From: a virus
Virus record (IMG/VR): IMGVR_UViG_3300045988_063349
Span: 1-39,251 of that record
Length of the DNA stretch: 39,251 bases
Direction: 5' to 3' (one strand)
The translations under genes and the position numbers were made by a program. Below the pieces are notes generated by a model, which saw nothing but the letters and a program-made list of their open reading frames with translations, made no database searches and was not told where the DNA came from. This document shows positions 1 through 6,416 of this stretch, in pieces. Each line of letters begins with the position of its first letter. Positions within the stretch are counted from its first letter, which is position 1.

Positions 1-119
1 TCCAAGCTGTCTACTGTAGACATTAAAAACAAAAAAACTTTTATAAATTTTGATTTACCTCTTGACTTTACGGCGTTATCGCCGTATAATAGAGACAACA
101 AAAGGGAAACACCCAAAGA
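1..119. repeat. Terminal direct repeat copy 1 (identical to 39133..39251); circular-contig overlap
   Basis: Read directly: bases 1..119 equal bases 39133..39251. Confidence 0.95.
62..90 (+). promoter_or_regulatory. Sigma-A type promoter P1 with an operator-like palindrome in the spacer
   Basis: TTGACT (62..67), 17-nt spacer, TATAAT (85..90). The spacer contains TACGGCG-TTAT-CGCCGTA (69..86), which overlaps the -10. Confidence 0.75.
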
Positions 120-136
120 AAACGGAGGAAAATAAA

Positions 137-427
137 ATGAAAATCGCAGGAATCGGAAACGTCCGCAAAGCGGACATCATGAAAGAGATGTTAAGCCCAG
201 AGGGTCGCGGCATGGTGCGCCGCGGCGAGATTACAAACGAGGAGCTTGCCGCAGAGTACAAGCGTTGGATTGTAAGTAAGGCGTCCAAGTTTGGACGTTA
301 TCCGGACACGTTTGACGCTTGCTGGAGCAACATCCCTGCGGGCGTGAGAGAGTCCGCCGCAGTGGCAGACCTCGCCGAGCTTGTCAACAACTTTTATTAC
401 TCCCGCCCTCACGGGTATGACGAGTAA
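137..427 (+). CDS. Hypothetical small protein (96 aa), first gene of the accessory island
   Basis: ATG at 137 lies 8 nt after GGAGG, in frame with ORF 50..427. No recognisable domain. Confidence 0.7.
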   Translation: MKIAGIGNVRKADIMKEMLSPEGRGMVRRGEITNEELAAEYKRWIVSKASKFGRYPDTFDACWSNIPAGVRESAAVADLAELVNNFYYSRPHGYDE

Positions 428-428
428 T

Positions 429-459
429 AAAAAAATCCCCTCGGCTTGGTGCCGAGGGG
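429..459 (-). terminator. Intrinsic terminator of the minus-strand ncRNA
   Basis: On the minus strand: CCCCTCGGC-ACCAA-GCCGAGGGG followed by A and TTTTTTT. On the plus strand the hairpin has no downstream T-tract. Confidence 0.75.
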
Positions 460-493
460 ATAGTGGGTGGTGGTAAAAATTACCCAAACTTAT

Positions 494-529
494 GTTTCAA
501 CCCGTGTGCGGTCGGATTGCTGACCGCAC
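494..529 (-). repeat. CRISPR-repeat-like element A: GTGCGGTCAGCAATCCGACCGCACACGGGTTGAAAC
   Basis: 8-bp stem, 8-nt loop, 12-nt tail ending GTTGAAAC. Part of unit 486..558. Confidence 0.6.
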
Positions 530-608
530 CAATCTAGTAGCATCCAACTAGATCGACTGTTGTTTTGGTTTTGCCGTTGTGGCTATTGCCAAAACTGTCT
601 AAATTTAT

Positions 609-644
609 ATTTCAATCCGTGTGCAGTCGGATCGCTGACTGCAC
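609..644 (-). repeat. CRISPR-repeat-like element B: GTGCAGTCAGCGATCCGACTGCACACGGATTGAAAT
   Basis: Same architecture as A, 115 bp away. The tail GGATTGAAAT matches type I-C repeat 3' ends (from memory). Part of unit 601..673. Confidence 0.6.
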
Positions 645-679
645 CAACCTGACAGCATCCAGCCAGGTTGACTATAACT

Positions 680-708
680 ATAATAATGCCTTGACAACGG
701 TTTGTCAA
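680..708 (-). promoter_or_regulatory. Promoter of the ncRNA
   Basis: Minus strand TTGACA (708..703), 17-nt spacer, TATTAT (685..680). The predicted start near 673 coincides with the unit B boundary. Confidence 0.7.
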
Positions 709-710
709 GG
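689..710. promoter_or_regulatory. Perfect 9-bp inverted repeat (operator candidate) covering the ncRNA -35 and lying just upstream of the HTH gene RBS
   Basis: CCTTGACAA-CGGT-TTGTCAAGG read directly. Confidence 0.6.
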
Positions 711-724
711 TGAAGGAGGCAAAA

Positions 725-1102
725 ATGAGGAAAATAATAAAGGGTCACCTGTGCAGCACTGAGACTGCACGGAATGTAGCGGAAAGTGAGACCTGTGCGA
801 TTTATCAAAACCGCGCAGGGTTTTACTTTGCGTTTTATCCAGCCGAACAGGACATTGCCCTGCTGACAGACGAGCAGGCGCAGGCAGAACTGCGCAATCT
901 GTCACACGCCGTGCCGAACGGAATCAAGACTTTGCGTAGAGCCGCAAAGTTGACGCAAAAGCAGCTGGCCGATGCTGTCGGTCTTGACATCCGGAATCTA
1001 CAGCGGTATGAGAGCGGTGAGTTTGACGTTGCAAATATGAGCTTGTCAATCGCTGTAAAGATTGCCGACGCGCTGGGCGTCGACGCAAAAAAACTTTTAT
1101 AA
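725..1102 (+). CDS. XRE-family helix-turn-helix protein (125 aa), Aca-like position
   Basis: ATG after GAAGGAGG. C-terminal motif LTQKQLADAVGLDIRNLQRYESGE is typical of HTH_XRE. The N-terminal 60 aa are unassigned. Confidence 0.75.
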   Translation: MRKIIKGHLCSTETARNVAESETCAIYQNRAGFYFAFYPAEQDIALLTDEQAQAELRNLSHAVPNGIKTLRRAAKLTQKQLADAVGLDIRNLQRYESGEFDVANMSLSIAVKIADALGVDAKKLL

Positions 1103-1117
1103 ATTCCGTTTTTCCTC

Positions 1118-1146
1118 TTGACTTTACGGCGTTTTCGCCGTATAAT
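1118..1146 (+). promoter_or_regulatory. Promoter P2, near-identical duplicate of P1
   Basis: TTGACT, 17-nt spacer, TATAAT with TACGGCG-TTTT-CGCCGTA. The surrounding block 1087..1170 is about 93% identical to 31..116. Confidence 0.75.
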
Positions 1147-1185
1147 AGAGACAACAAAGGGAAACACCCACAGGAGGAAAACAAA

Positions 1186-1491
1186 ATGAAAAAAGTAAGA
1201 TATGCAGATTTAAGTAATGTGACAAACCACAAGTTTGCCGTAGTAATCAGCTCGCTCAAAGATTTTGAGATCGAAGAGGTCGGAGAATACGAGCAGCACG
1301 CAAACGCAGCAATTTATGTGCACCTCGGCAGGATGGATGCGGAAGAACTCGACGAGTACTGCGAAGGCGTGCTTGAGTACATCGAGAAAAACAACGAAGG
1401 CGAACCGGTAGACGATGAAATTTTTGACTGCTGGGAATGGGTAGGCGAAAACGAATCGCGGACTCTTGTCTTTCCAGAATCGTGGGTGTGA
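1186..1491 (+). CDS. Small highly acidic hypothetical protein (101 aa)
   Basis: ATG after AGGAGG. Rich in D/E (EEVGEYE, DAEELDEY, EGEPVDDE). Confidence 0.7.
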   Translation: MKKVRYADLSNVTNHKFAVVISSLKDFEIEEVGEYEQHANAAIYVHLGRMDAEELDEYCEGVLEYIEKNNEGEPVDDEIFDCWEWVGENESRTLVFPESWV

Positions 1492-1505
1492 AGGAGGAAA
1501 CGAAA

Positions 1506-1976
1506 GTGATTTATCTGTACGACAGAAAAGAGCTTGATTTTAATGCAGCCGACAGCCTGACTATCATTCACAACGAGCAACGGTACTTCGCATGGCTTGC
1601 GAAAACTCTCAAGCCGGAACGCGCGAAATACCTTGAGCACATCGACGAGGGATATGACGACACGGACGAAGAGCGGTCGTATTTTCAGCTCGGCGAAGTA
1701 GAGCAAGCTTGGCTGGAGGATGTTTTCAAAGAAGCCGCAAACGGTGGGAGCAGCGTTGAGGTTTCGCAGTTTGACACAAAGTCTCGGCTGCCCGAAACTT
1801 ACGATTTTGGAATCGACTATCATTATGCTGTCGCTGCGGGCGACCTGCCCGCGGACTTCGAGAAGGAAAACCGCGAGCACTGGCCAGAATTTCATTTTTG
1901 GAAGGGCGGTCACGTGATTGATAAACCGGAAAACGAGGACGAACCCGGCAATCTTATAGAGGTGTTCACACTGTGA
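1506..1976 (+). CDS. Acidic hypothetical protein (156 aa)
   Basis: GTG start 8 nt after GAAGGAGG, in frame with ORF 1437..1976. Confidence 0.65.
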   Translation: MIYLYDRKELDFNAADSLTIIHNEQRYFAWLAKTLKPERAKYLEHIDEGYDDTDEERSYFQLGEVEQAWLEDVFKEAANGGSSVEVSQFDTKSRLPETYDFGIDYHYAVAAGDLPADFEKENREHWPEFHFWKGGHVIDKPENEDEPGNLIEVFTL

Positions 1977-1979
1977 AAA

Positions 1980-2006
1980 CAGCCGCCCAAACGGGCGGCT
2001 GTTTTT
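1980..2006. terminator. Bidirectional intrinsic terminator between convergent operons
   Basis: CAGCCGCCC-AAAC-GGGCGGCTG flanked by AAAA upstream and TTTTT downstream. Confidence 0.8.
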
Positions 2007-2295
2007 ATATCTTTGATAGTTTTAAAAAGATTTGATTATAGACGCGCGGGCTGACAACGGACAGCGTTTGCATCAGCTCATCCATCACTCTCCACGCGGA
2101 TGCTTGATCTACAGAGGCGACGAGGCGCAGAAAGTCGCTGTCTGTCGGCATGTCCGGCGGCGCCGCTTGGCTGTAGCCGCTCGAATTGTGCGCACGGACA
2201 GTGTACAGATTCGCCAGCTTTTGCACATTTGCATAAGTTGTCTGCGAGTGCTCAAGCTCTACGATCGCGCTCTCTACCTCTTGCATATCAAGCAT
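2005..2295 (-). CDS. Hypothetical protein (96 aa), last gene of the post-lysis cassette
   Basis: ORF track; tightly packed with the upstream gene. Confidence 0.6.
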   Translation of the reverse strand: MLDMQEVESAIVELEHSQTTYANVQKLANLYTVRAHNSSGYSQAAPPDMPTDSDFLRLVASVDQASAWRVMDELMQTLSVVSPRVYNQIFLKLSKI

Positions 2296-2298
2296 GAT

Positions 2299-2679
2299 CT
2301 ACATCCTCTCCAGCTGCTCCAGCGCCTTGCGCATTGCCGATCTGTCCGATGCGGACAAGGCATCGGTGTCCATCGCGTTGCGGATGCGGTCAATGATGTC
2401 GCTCTTTACGTCATCACGGCTATAGTGACCGGTCACCCAGTGTCGGGCATAAGAGTGCCCCTCGTCACGCATTCGACGCGTGTCCGCCGGATAGCTGTCG
2501 CGGTAGACCGGATAGCCGCGAGAGTCGCCGGTGTCCATTGTCTCAATCTCTCCGATGTCCTTGATAATGTCTACCATTTTGTAAACTGCCTCAAGGTCTG
2601 CCATGCTCATGTTGCCCTTGTCTGCGTACTCGTCAAGCGTCATACACACTAAATCACGCAGTTTTTCCATGTTTTTCAT
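2299..2679 (-). CDS. Hypothetical protein (126 aa)
   Basis: ORF track; no recognised domain. Confidence 0.6.
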   Translation of the reverse strand: MKNMEKLRDLVCMTLDEYADKGNMSMADLEAVYKMVDIIKDIGEIETMDTGDSRGYPVYRDSYPADTRRMRDEGHSYARHWVTGHYSRDDVKSDIIDRIRNAMDTDALSASDRSAMRKALEQLERM

Positions 2680-2689
2680 ATTTTACACC

Positions 2690-3082
2690 TCATTTCACGC
2701 GCTGCACGATAAAGTTTGCATTGTCGATAGTCGCAGCCGCCGACAGAGTGACAGCAAGCGTCACGCGGGACGGATATGCTGCAGGCCTGACATAGATCGT
2801 GTCAATCAAGTTAAATGCGAGCGCGTCAGTTGTCGCTGCGCTGGTCTGCGTCTGTGCGCTGCTTGACAGTGCAGTTCCGTTTGCGGTGACCTGCGCGGTG
2901 ACATTTCCGGCAGCTGCGCCGGTCGCGTTGATATTTGCAAAGATGTTGTAATATCCCGCTTTGAGCAGGGTCACTGTTCCGCTGCCGGTTGCCGTCGCGC
3001 TGTTGCTGTTGATCTGTGCGGCGAACGGGATGTTTGTGCCAGCCGTATAGGCGGTCGAGCTTGTAATTGTGCCTTTATACAT
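2690..3082 (-). CDS. Putative C1q/TNF-like (BclA C-terminal-like) jelly-roll protein (130 aa)
   Basis: Small-residue-rich beta pattern: IPF...GTVTLLKAGYYNIFANINA...VTANGTAL...IDNANFIVQRV resembles BclA_C/C1q heads (recalled, not searched). Confidence 0.4.
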   Translation of the reverse strand: MYKGTITSSTAYTAGTNIPFAAQINSNSATATGSGTVTLLKAGYYNIFANINATGAAAGNVTAQVTANGTALSSSAQTQTSAATTDALAFNLIDTIYVRPAAYPSRVTLAVTLSAAATIDNANFIVQRVK

Positions 3083-3146
3083 ATTTTTTACCTCTTAAAC
3101 AATAGGCAGAGCTTGCGCCCTGCCTATTTTCATGCCTTGCGCATCC

Positions 3147-3974
3147 TTATGCGAGTGTAGTTCCGCCGTAGTATCCGGTATACTGCTGACCGCAGCAGCA
3201 ATACGGATTCTGCGTGATATATGCCGGAATCGGAGATGGACGCAGAGCATTGATAATATAATTGTTCTGCGCCGCCTGAGATGCCGCGAGGTTGAGCGCA
3301 TTGATCTGCTGCGCCTGCTCTGCGATTTTCTCGTTTTTCTGCTCGATGCTCTGTGCGGTAAGCGCGTCAAGAATCGCACGCGTGTTATCATTTTGGTTCT
3401 GTACGATAGCCTGCGTGTTCTGCGTCGCGTTGGTATTGATAGAGCACGTGTTGGTAGCCATATTGTAATTTGCGTTATCAACTGCGCGCTGGATGTTGTT
3501 CGCGTTTTGCAGTGCATCGTATCGGTTCTGGCAGCAGCAATCCGAAATCTGCCGAGAAACGCTGTTAATATTCTGGTTCAGGGCGTTTGTGCTCTGGGTG
3601 TTTGCCAGCGTGTTGTCTGCAAATCCCTGTGAAATAGTCTGCTGAATAGCGTTCTGACCCTGCATATTCTGCACAGCGGTAGAGGAAAAACCTTCATAAA
3701 TGCCATTTCTGATGTTGGAAACAGAATTCTTCAAGTCGTTGAAATTCATGTCCATGCACAAATCCTGACGGGTCAGCGCGCCCTGTGCGCCCGCGCCGTT
3801 GAATCCGTTCATGCCATTATTTCCCCATCCATTGCCGCCCCAGCCCATAAAAACGAACAAAAAGAGGATAATAATCCACCATGCGCCGCCGTCCATGCCG
3901 AAAGCACCGTTGTTATTGTTACCCGTGACCGCTGCCAGATCGGCAGGAGTCATCTCAGAAGTGGTTAAACTCAT
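3147..3974 (-). CDS. Membrane-anchored Asn/Gln-rich protein with two CCC motifs (275 aa)
   Basis: ATG 3974 after GGAAGG. TM segment WWIIILFLFVFMGW, then a Gly/Asn tract, a long N/Q-rich region, DCCCQNRY and C-terminal NPYCCCGQQY. Confidence 0.65.
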   Translation of the reverse strand: MSLTTSEMTPADLAAVTGNNNNGAFGMDGGAWWIIILFLFVFMGWGGNGWGNNGMNGFNGAGAQGALTRQDLCMDMNFNDLKNSVSNIRNGIYEGFSSTAVQNMQGQNAIQQTISQGFADNTLANTQSTNALNQNINSVSRQISDCCCQNRYDALQNANNIQRAVDNANYNMATNTCSINTNATQNTQAIVQNQNDNTRAILDALTAQSIEQKNEKIAEQAQQINALNLAASQAAQNNYIINALRPSPIPAYITQNPYCCCGQQYTGYYGGTTLA

Positions 3975-4028
3975 TGCATAACCTTCCTTTCTTTTTATAC
4001 AAAATGCGTGCACTGCATGTTTGTTTGC

Positions 4029-4220
4029 TTATTTAACATTAAACTGACCAAGAAGCTGGCTGAACTGTTGTGCCATGCTTTGCAGCTGGTTGAGCTGCGA
4101 CTGATTCATCTGACCGGATTGCAGGAGTTTCTGCACTTCCTGCTGCGGGTTGCCAGAGAACGAATTTTTAAACTGTGCAAATTGCTGAATCATCTGCATC
4201 GGGTTGTTAAACATTGTCAT
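4029..4220 (-). CDS. Small Gln-rich protein (63 aa)
   Basis: ATGA overlap with the upstream gene; about 27% Gln (17 of 63). Confidence 0.55.
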   Translation of the reverse strand: MTMFNNPMQMIQQFAQFKNSFSGNPQQEVQKLLQSGQMNQSQLNQLQSMAQQFSQLLGQFNVK

Positions 4221-4651
4221 CCTTCTTTCTTGTCAATCAGCATACTAATGCGCTTTTCAAGTTCTTCTTTTGTGACATATTCGCTCAAGTCTGGCATCGG
4301 TGCCGTTGCCTGCTGCTGCGCAGGATTTTGCACCGGCGGCGCAGAATCAAAGGTGTATGTCAGCGTCTGCATCATCGGCACGCCGTTGAGATTGACCGAC
4401 TTTAGATATATGCGCTGTTGCTCACTATCCCACAATGCGACAGTGCACCCAGCAGCAACCATGTACGCCTTTGCGCCTGCCTCTCCCTGCACCCAGATTC
4501 TTTCATCCGGCGTCTGTGTCTGCGCCTGCTGAAAAGGCTGATTTTGCTGCACACTGCCCTGTTGTCGCAATTGTGCAAGTTGGTCAGGCATCGCTTGATT
4601 ATATCCGTAGTACTGCCCTTGATAGCCCTGATACGGGTTAAAAGTCATCAT
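4217..4651 (-). CDS. Protein with Gln/Tyr-rich N-terminus and a globular C-terminal domain (144 aa)
   Basis: ATG 4651 overlaps the upstream stop (ATGA), preceded by GGGAG. Confidence 0.6.
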   Translation of the reverse strand: MMTFNPYQGYQGQYYGYNQAMPDQLAQLRQQGSVQQNQPFQQAQTQTPDERIWVQGEAGAKAYMVAAGCTVALWDSEQQRIYLKSVNLNGVPMMQTLTYTFDSAPPVQNPAQQQATAPMPDLSEYVTKEELEKRISMLIDKKEG

Positions 4652-5010
4652 TTTGCATACTCCCAATAGTAAATCGGTTTATTCCCGCCGCTGTCCCACG
4701 TGTCGTATATGCAGCCGTCTTTTACAGTTACCACGTGACCGGACGCAGCGACAACATAAACACCGTTTCTGTGCATTTTCGCAAAATCGTCAATTGTGTT
4801 TTGATTCGCAAGACGCCGCGTGAACCCTCTGCGCTGTAGTAGCTCGCCCCAAACCGCGTTAGCTGACGGCATGTCGCACATTTCCATGCCGATAGCACAC
4901 AGGTCTAAATATGCTGTACTCCAATCTTCGTCGAGTGCTGCGCTGATCGCCCGCACTGTGCAATCGCCGACGCACTGTTTTTTCGGGTTAGGATTGTAAA
5001 ATTTGTACAT
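4648..5010 (-). CDS. Small papain-fold Cys-His-Asp enzyme (transglutaminase / NlpC-P60 / C39-like), 120 aa
   Basis: Ordered motifs GDCTVRAIS ... ASGHVVTV ... YDTWD. Fold assignment inferred from motif order only. Confidence 0.45.
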   Translation of the reverse strand: MYKFYNPNPKKQCVGDCTVRAISAALDEDWSTAYLDLCAIGMEMCDMPSANAVWGELLQRRGFTRRLANQNTIDDFAKMHRNGVYVVAASGHVVTVKDGCIYDTWDSGGNKPIYYWEYAK

Positions 5011-5055
5011 TTTCGAACCATCTTTTGTCTATTTATTGATTTAAGTATAGCAAAA

Positions 5056-5079
5056 AGCAGGGACTAAAAAATCCCTGCT
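5056..5079. terminator. Hairpin terminator after the lysis/sigma-like operon
   Basis: AGCAGGGA-N8-TCCCTGCT with T-rich flanks on both strands. Confidence 0.6.
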
Positions 5080-5100
5080 TTCTTTCGAAAAACTGTCAGT

Positions 5101-5367
5101 TTAGTGTCTATCCATCCAATCCTCTTCCGCAGACGCTCTGCGCGGTGGTAGAATTTCACTATATTTCTGGCAGTTGTCGTATTTTTGCTTTAAACGTGCA
5201 ATGTGTCTATTTACTGTAGACACCGACATACCAAATTCCATTGCTTGCTTTGTGATACTCCATCCAGCGACGCGCGTTTTGATAATTTTCCGCTCGTCGT
5301 CTGTCAGGCAGCCCAGTTTGATAAACTCGTCTAAAAACGGCTTGCACCACGGAATTTGTTTTGACAT
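5101..5367 (-). CDS. Sigma-70 region-4-like HTH protein (88 aa)
   Basis: LTDDERKIIKTRVAGWSITKQAMEFGMSVSTVNRHIARLKQKY resembles sigma region 4 / LuxR-type HTH. Starts 2 nt after the endolysin stop. Confidence 0.55.
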   Translation of the reverse strand: MSKQIPWCKPFLDEFIKLGCLTDDERKIIKTRVAGWSITKQAMEFGMSVSTVNRHIARLKQKYDNCQKYSEILPPRRASAEEDWMDRH

Positions 5368-5368
5368 G

Positions 5369-6214
5369 TCACGCCTCCGATTTTGACATATTGTGCAGGA
5401 TAACAGCCGCCTGCTCGCGCGTCAGTGCCTTCTGCCAGCCAAAATTTCCGTTGCTGCCTGCAAAAATGCCGGCACTTTTTGCCCAGTCCGTCGCGCTCTT
5501 TGCCCAGCCCGACGGGTTGTCACCCGTGCCGGTGATGTCTGTGAGACTTGCCAGCTTTGCGGCAACCCTGCTGTCAATAAGCTTCTCGACCTCGGATTTT
5601 GTCATATCTACCTCATCCTTTCCGCTTGCGCTGATTTTTGATTTTGTCACAATGTAATAATAGTCAATCGCTGATCTGATTCCCGCGCGCGTCACGCGCA
5701 CAAGTCCGTCCGACTGCACCAATTTGCAATATTTGCGCCGGTTTGCCTGTGCCGTCCACTTGTCGCTGTAACTACAGCTGTCGATAATATATCCGTAGCT
5801 GTCGTCAACCGCAGCGAGACACATAAAGTGCCCCGCGCTGGACAGCAATTTGTTATATGTGCCGCCGACTGCACCGGCGGTGTGAATGATACACATAGCG
5901 CCGGATTTGACAGTTGCAAACGCTGCAGAGTCATCTGTAGTGTATTTGTACGTAAACCCGCCGTATTTGCTCTGCATCGCTTTAAGCAATGTACTGATAG
6001 TAGTGCCGCCGTCGTACCGCGCGCCGCAATTCACGGCGATCCGCGCAACTGCTGGGATAGTCGTTTTCCACCCCAGCAGATTGTTTCCGAGATTTCGGAC
6101 GCTGGAAGGGCCGCAGCCGCCACTCTTAATCGTCGCGCCCTTTGGCTTTCCGCTTTTTGTCCGATACGCCACATTGCTATATTGCAGCTGACTGGCAATG
6201 TCGTATTTTCTCAT
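5369..6214 (-). CDS. Endolysin: C39-like cysteine peptidase domain plus C-terminal SLH-like wall-binding domain (281 aa)
   Basis: Start ATG 6214 shares one base with the holin stop (TGATG). Motifs GGCGPSS ... AGHFMCL ... IIDS. The C-terminus GWAKSATDWAKSAGIFAGSNGNFGWQKALTREQAAVIL is SLH-like. Confidence 0.7.
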   Translation of the reverse strand: MRKYDIASQLQYSNVAYRTKSGKPKGATIKSGGCGPSSVRNLGNNLLGWKTTIPAVARIAVNCGARYDGGTTISTLLKAMQSKYGGFTYKYTTDDSAAFATVKSGAMCIIHTAGAVGGTYNKLLSSAGHFMCLAAVDDSYGYIIDSCSYSDKWTAQANRRKYCKLVQSDGLVRVTRAGIRSAIDYYYIVTKSKISASGKDEVDMTKSEVEKLIDSRVAAKLASLTDITGTGDNPSGWAKSATDWAKSAGIFAGSNGNFGWQKALTREQAAVILHNMSKSEA

Positions 6215-6405
6215 CAATCCACCTCCGGCAGACCGGTCACGATGCTGGTCAGCAGGGATGCCAGCGCGGACAGTGCAGCGGTAGACAGCACCACGCACCA
6301 GCTGACATCTTGCAACATTCCCGCCGCAGGAATCAGCGCAAGCGCCGTCTGCGCAGCGGTCTTTACCATGCGGATTCCTGCCGCTTTCCAAAACTTTTTG
6401 CTCAT
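6214..6405 (-). CDS. Holin (63 aa, two TM helices)
   Basis: Size, two hydrophobic helices, position immediately upstream of the endolysin. Confidence 0.7.
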   Translation of the reverse strand: MSKKFWKAAGIRMVKTAAQTALALIPAAGMLQDVSWCVVLSTAALSALASLLTSIVTGLPEVD

Positions 6406-6416
6406 AAAGCCCTCCT

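Larger units (their letters stand above)
429..673 (-). ncRNA. About 245-nt non-coding RNA with two tandem CRISPR-repeat-like units (candidate repeat decoy / RNA anti-CRISPR)
   Basis: Bounded by promoter 708..680 and terminator 459..429. No ORF or RBS. Two structured units show compensatory substitutions. Confidence 0.6.

Noticed and set aside
1-119. Terminal 119-bp direct repeats as attL/attR or LTR-like ends of an integrated element
   Set aside because: The integrase is a large serine recombinase (2-bp crossover, no long duplications). No host-like genes flank the repeats, and the gene order is continuous through the junction. The repeats are best explained as circular-contig overlap.
437-459. 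Hairpin after CDS 137..427 as the plus-strand terminator of that gene
   Set aside because: On the plus strand the stem is preceded by an A-run, not followed by a T-run. The U7 tract exists only on the minus strand, so the hairpin is assigned to the minus-strand ncRNA. At most it acts as a pause site for plus-strand transcription.
486-673. Interpreting the two repeat-like units as a bona fide mini CRISPR array (repeat-spacer-repeat)
   Set aside because: There are only two copies. The interval between the 36-nt cores is 79 nt, and 29 nt of it are conserved between units, so it is part of the unit rather than a spacer. No cas genes occur anywhere in the 39-kb genome. It was kept as a repeat-mimic ncRNA hypothesis instead.
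2032-2652. 206-aa plus-strand ORF opposite genes 2005..2679
   Set aside because: It lies downstream of the bidirectional terminator with no promoter or RBS. Its translation is Arg/His/Cys-rich and typical of antisense frames.
5203-5223. Palindrome GTGTCTA-N7-TAGACAC inside the sigma-like gene, sharing TACTGTAGACA with the candidate attP dyad
   Set aside because: The match is only 11 nt and lies inside a coding region. It is too short to distinguish from chance without a search.
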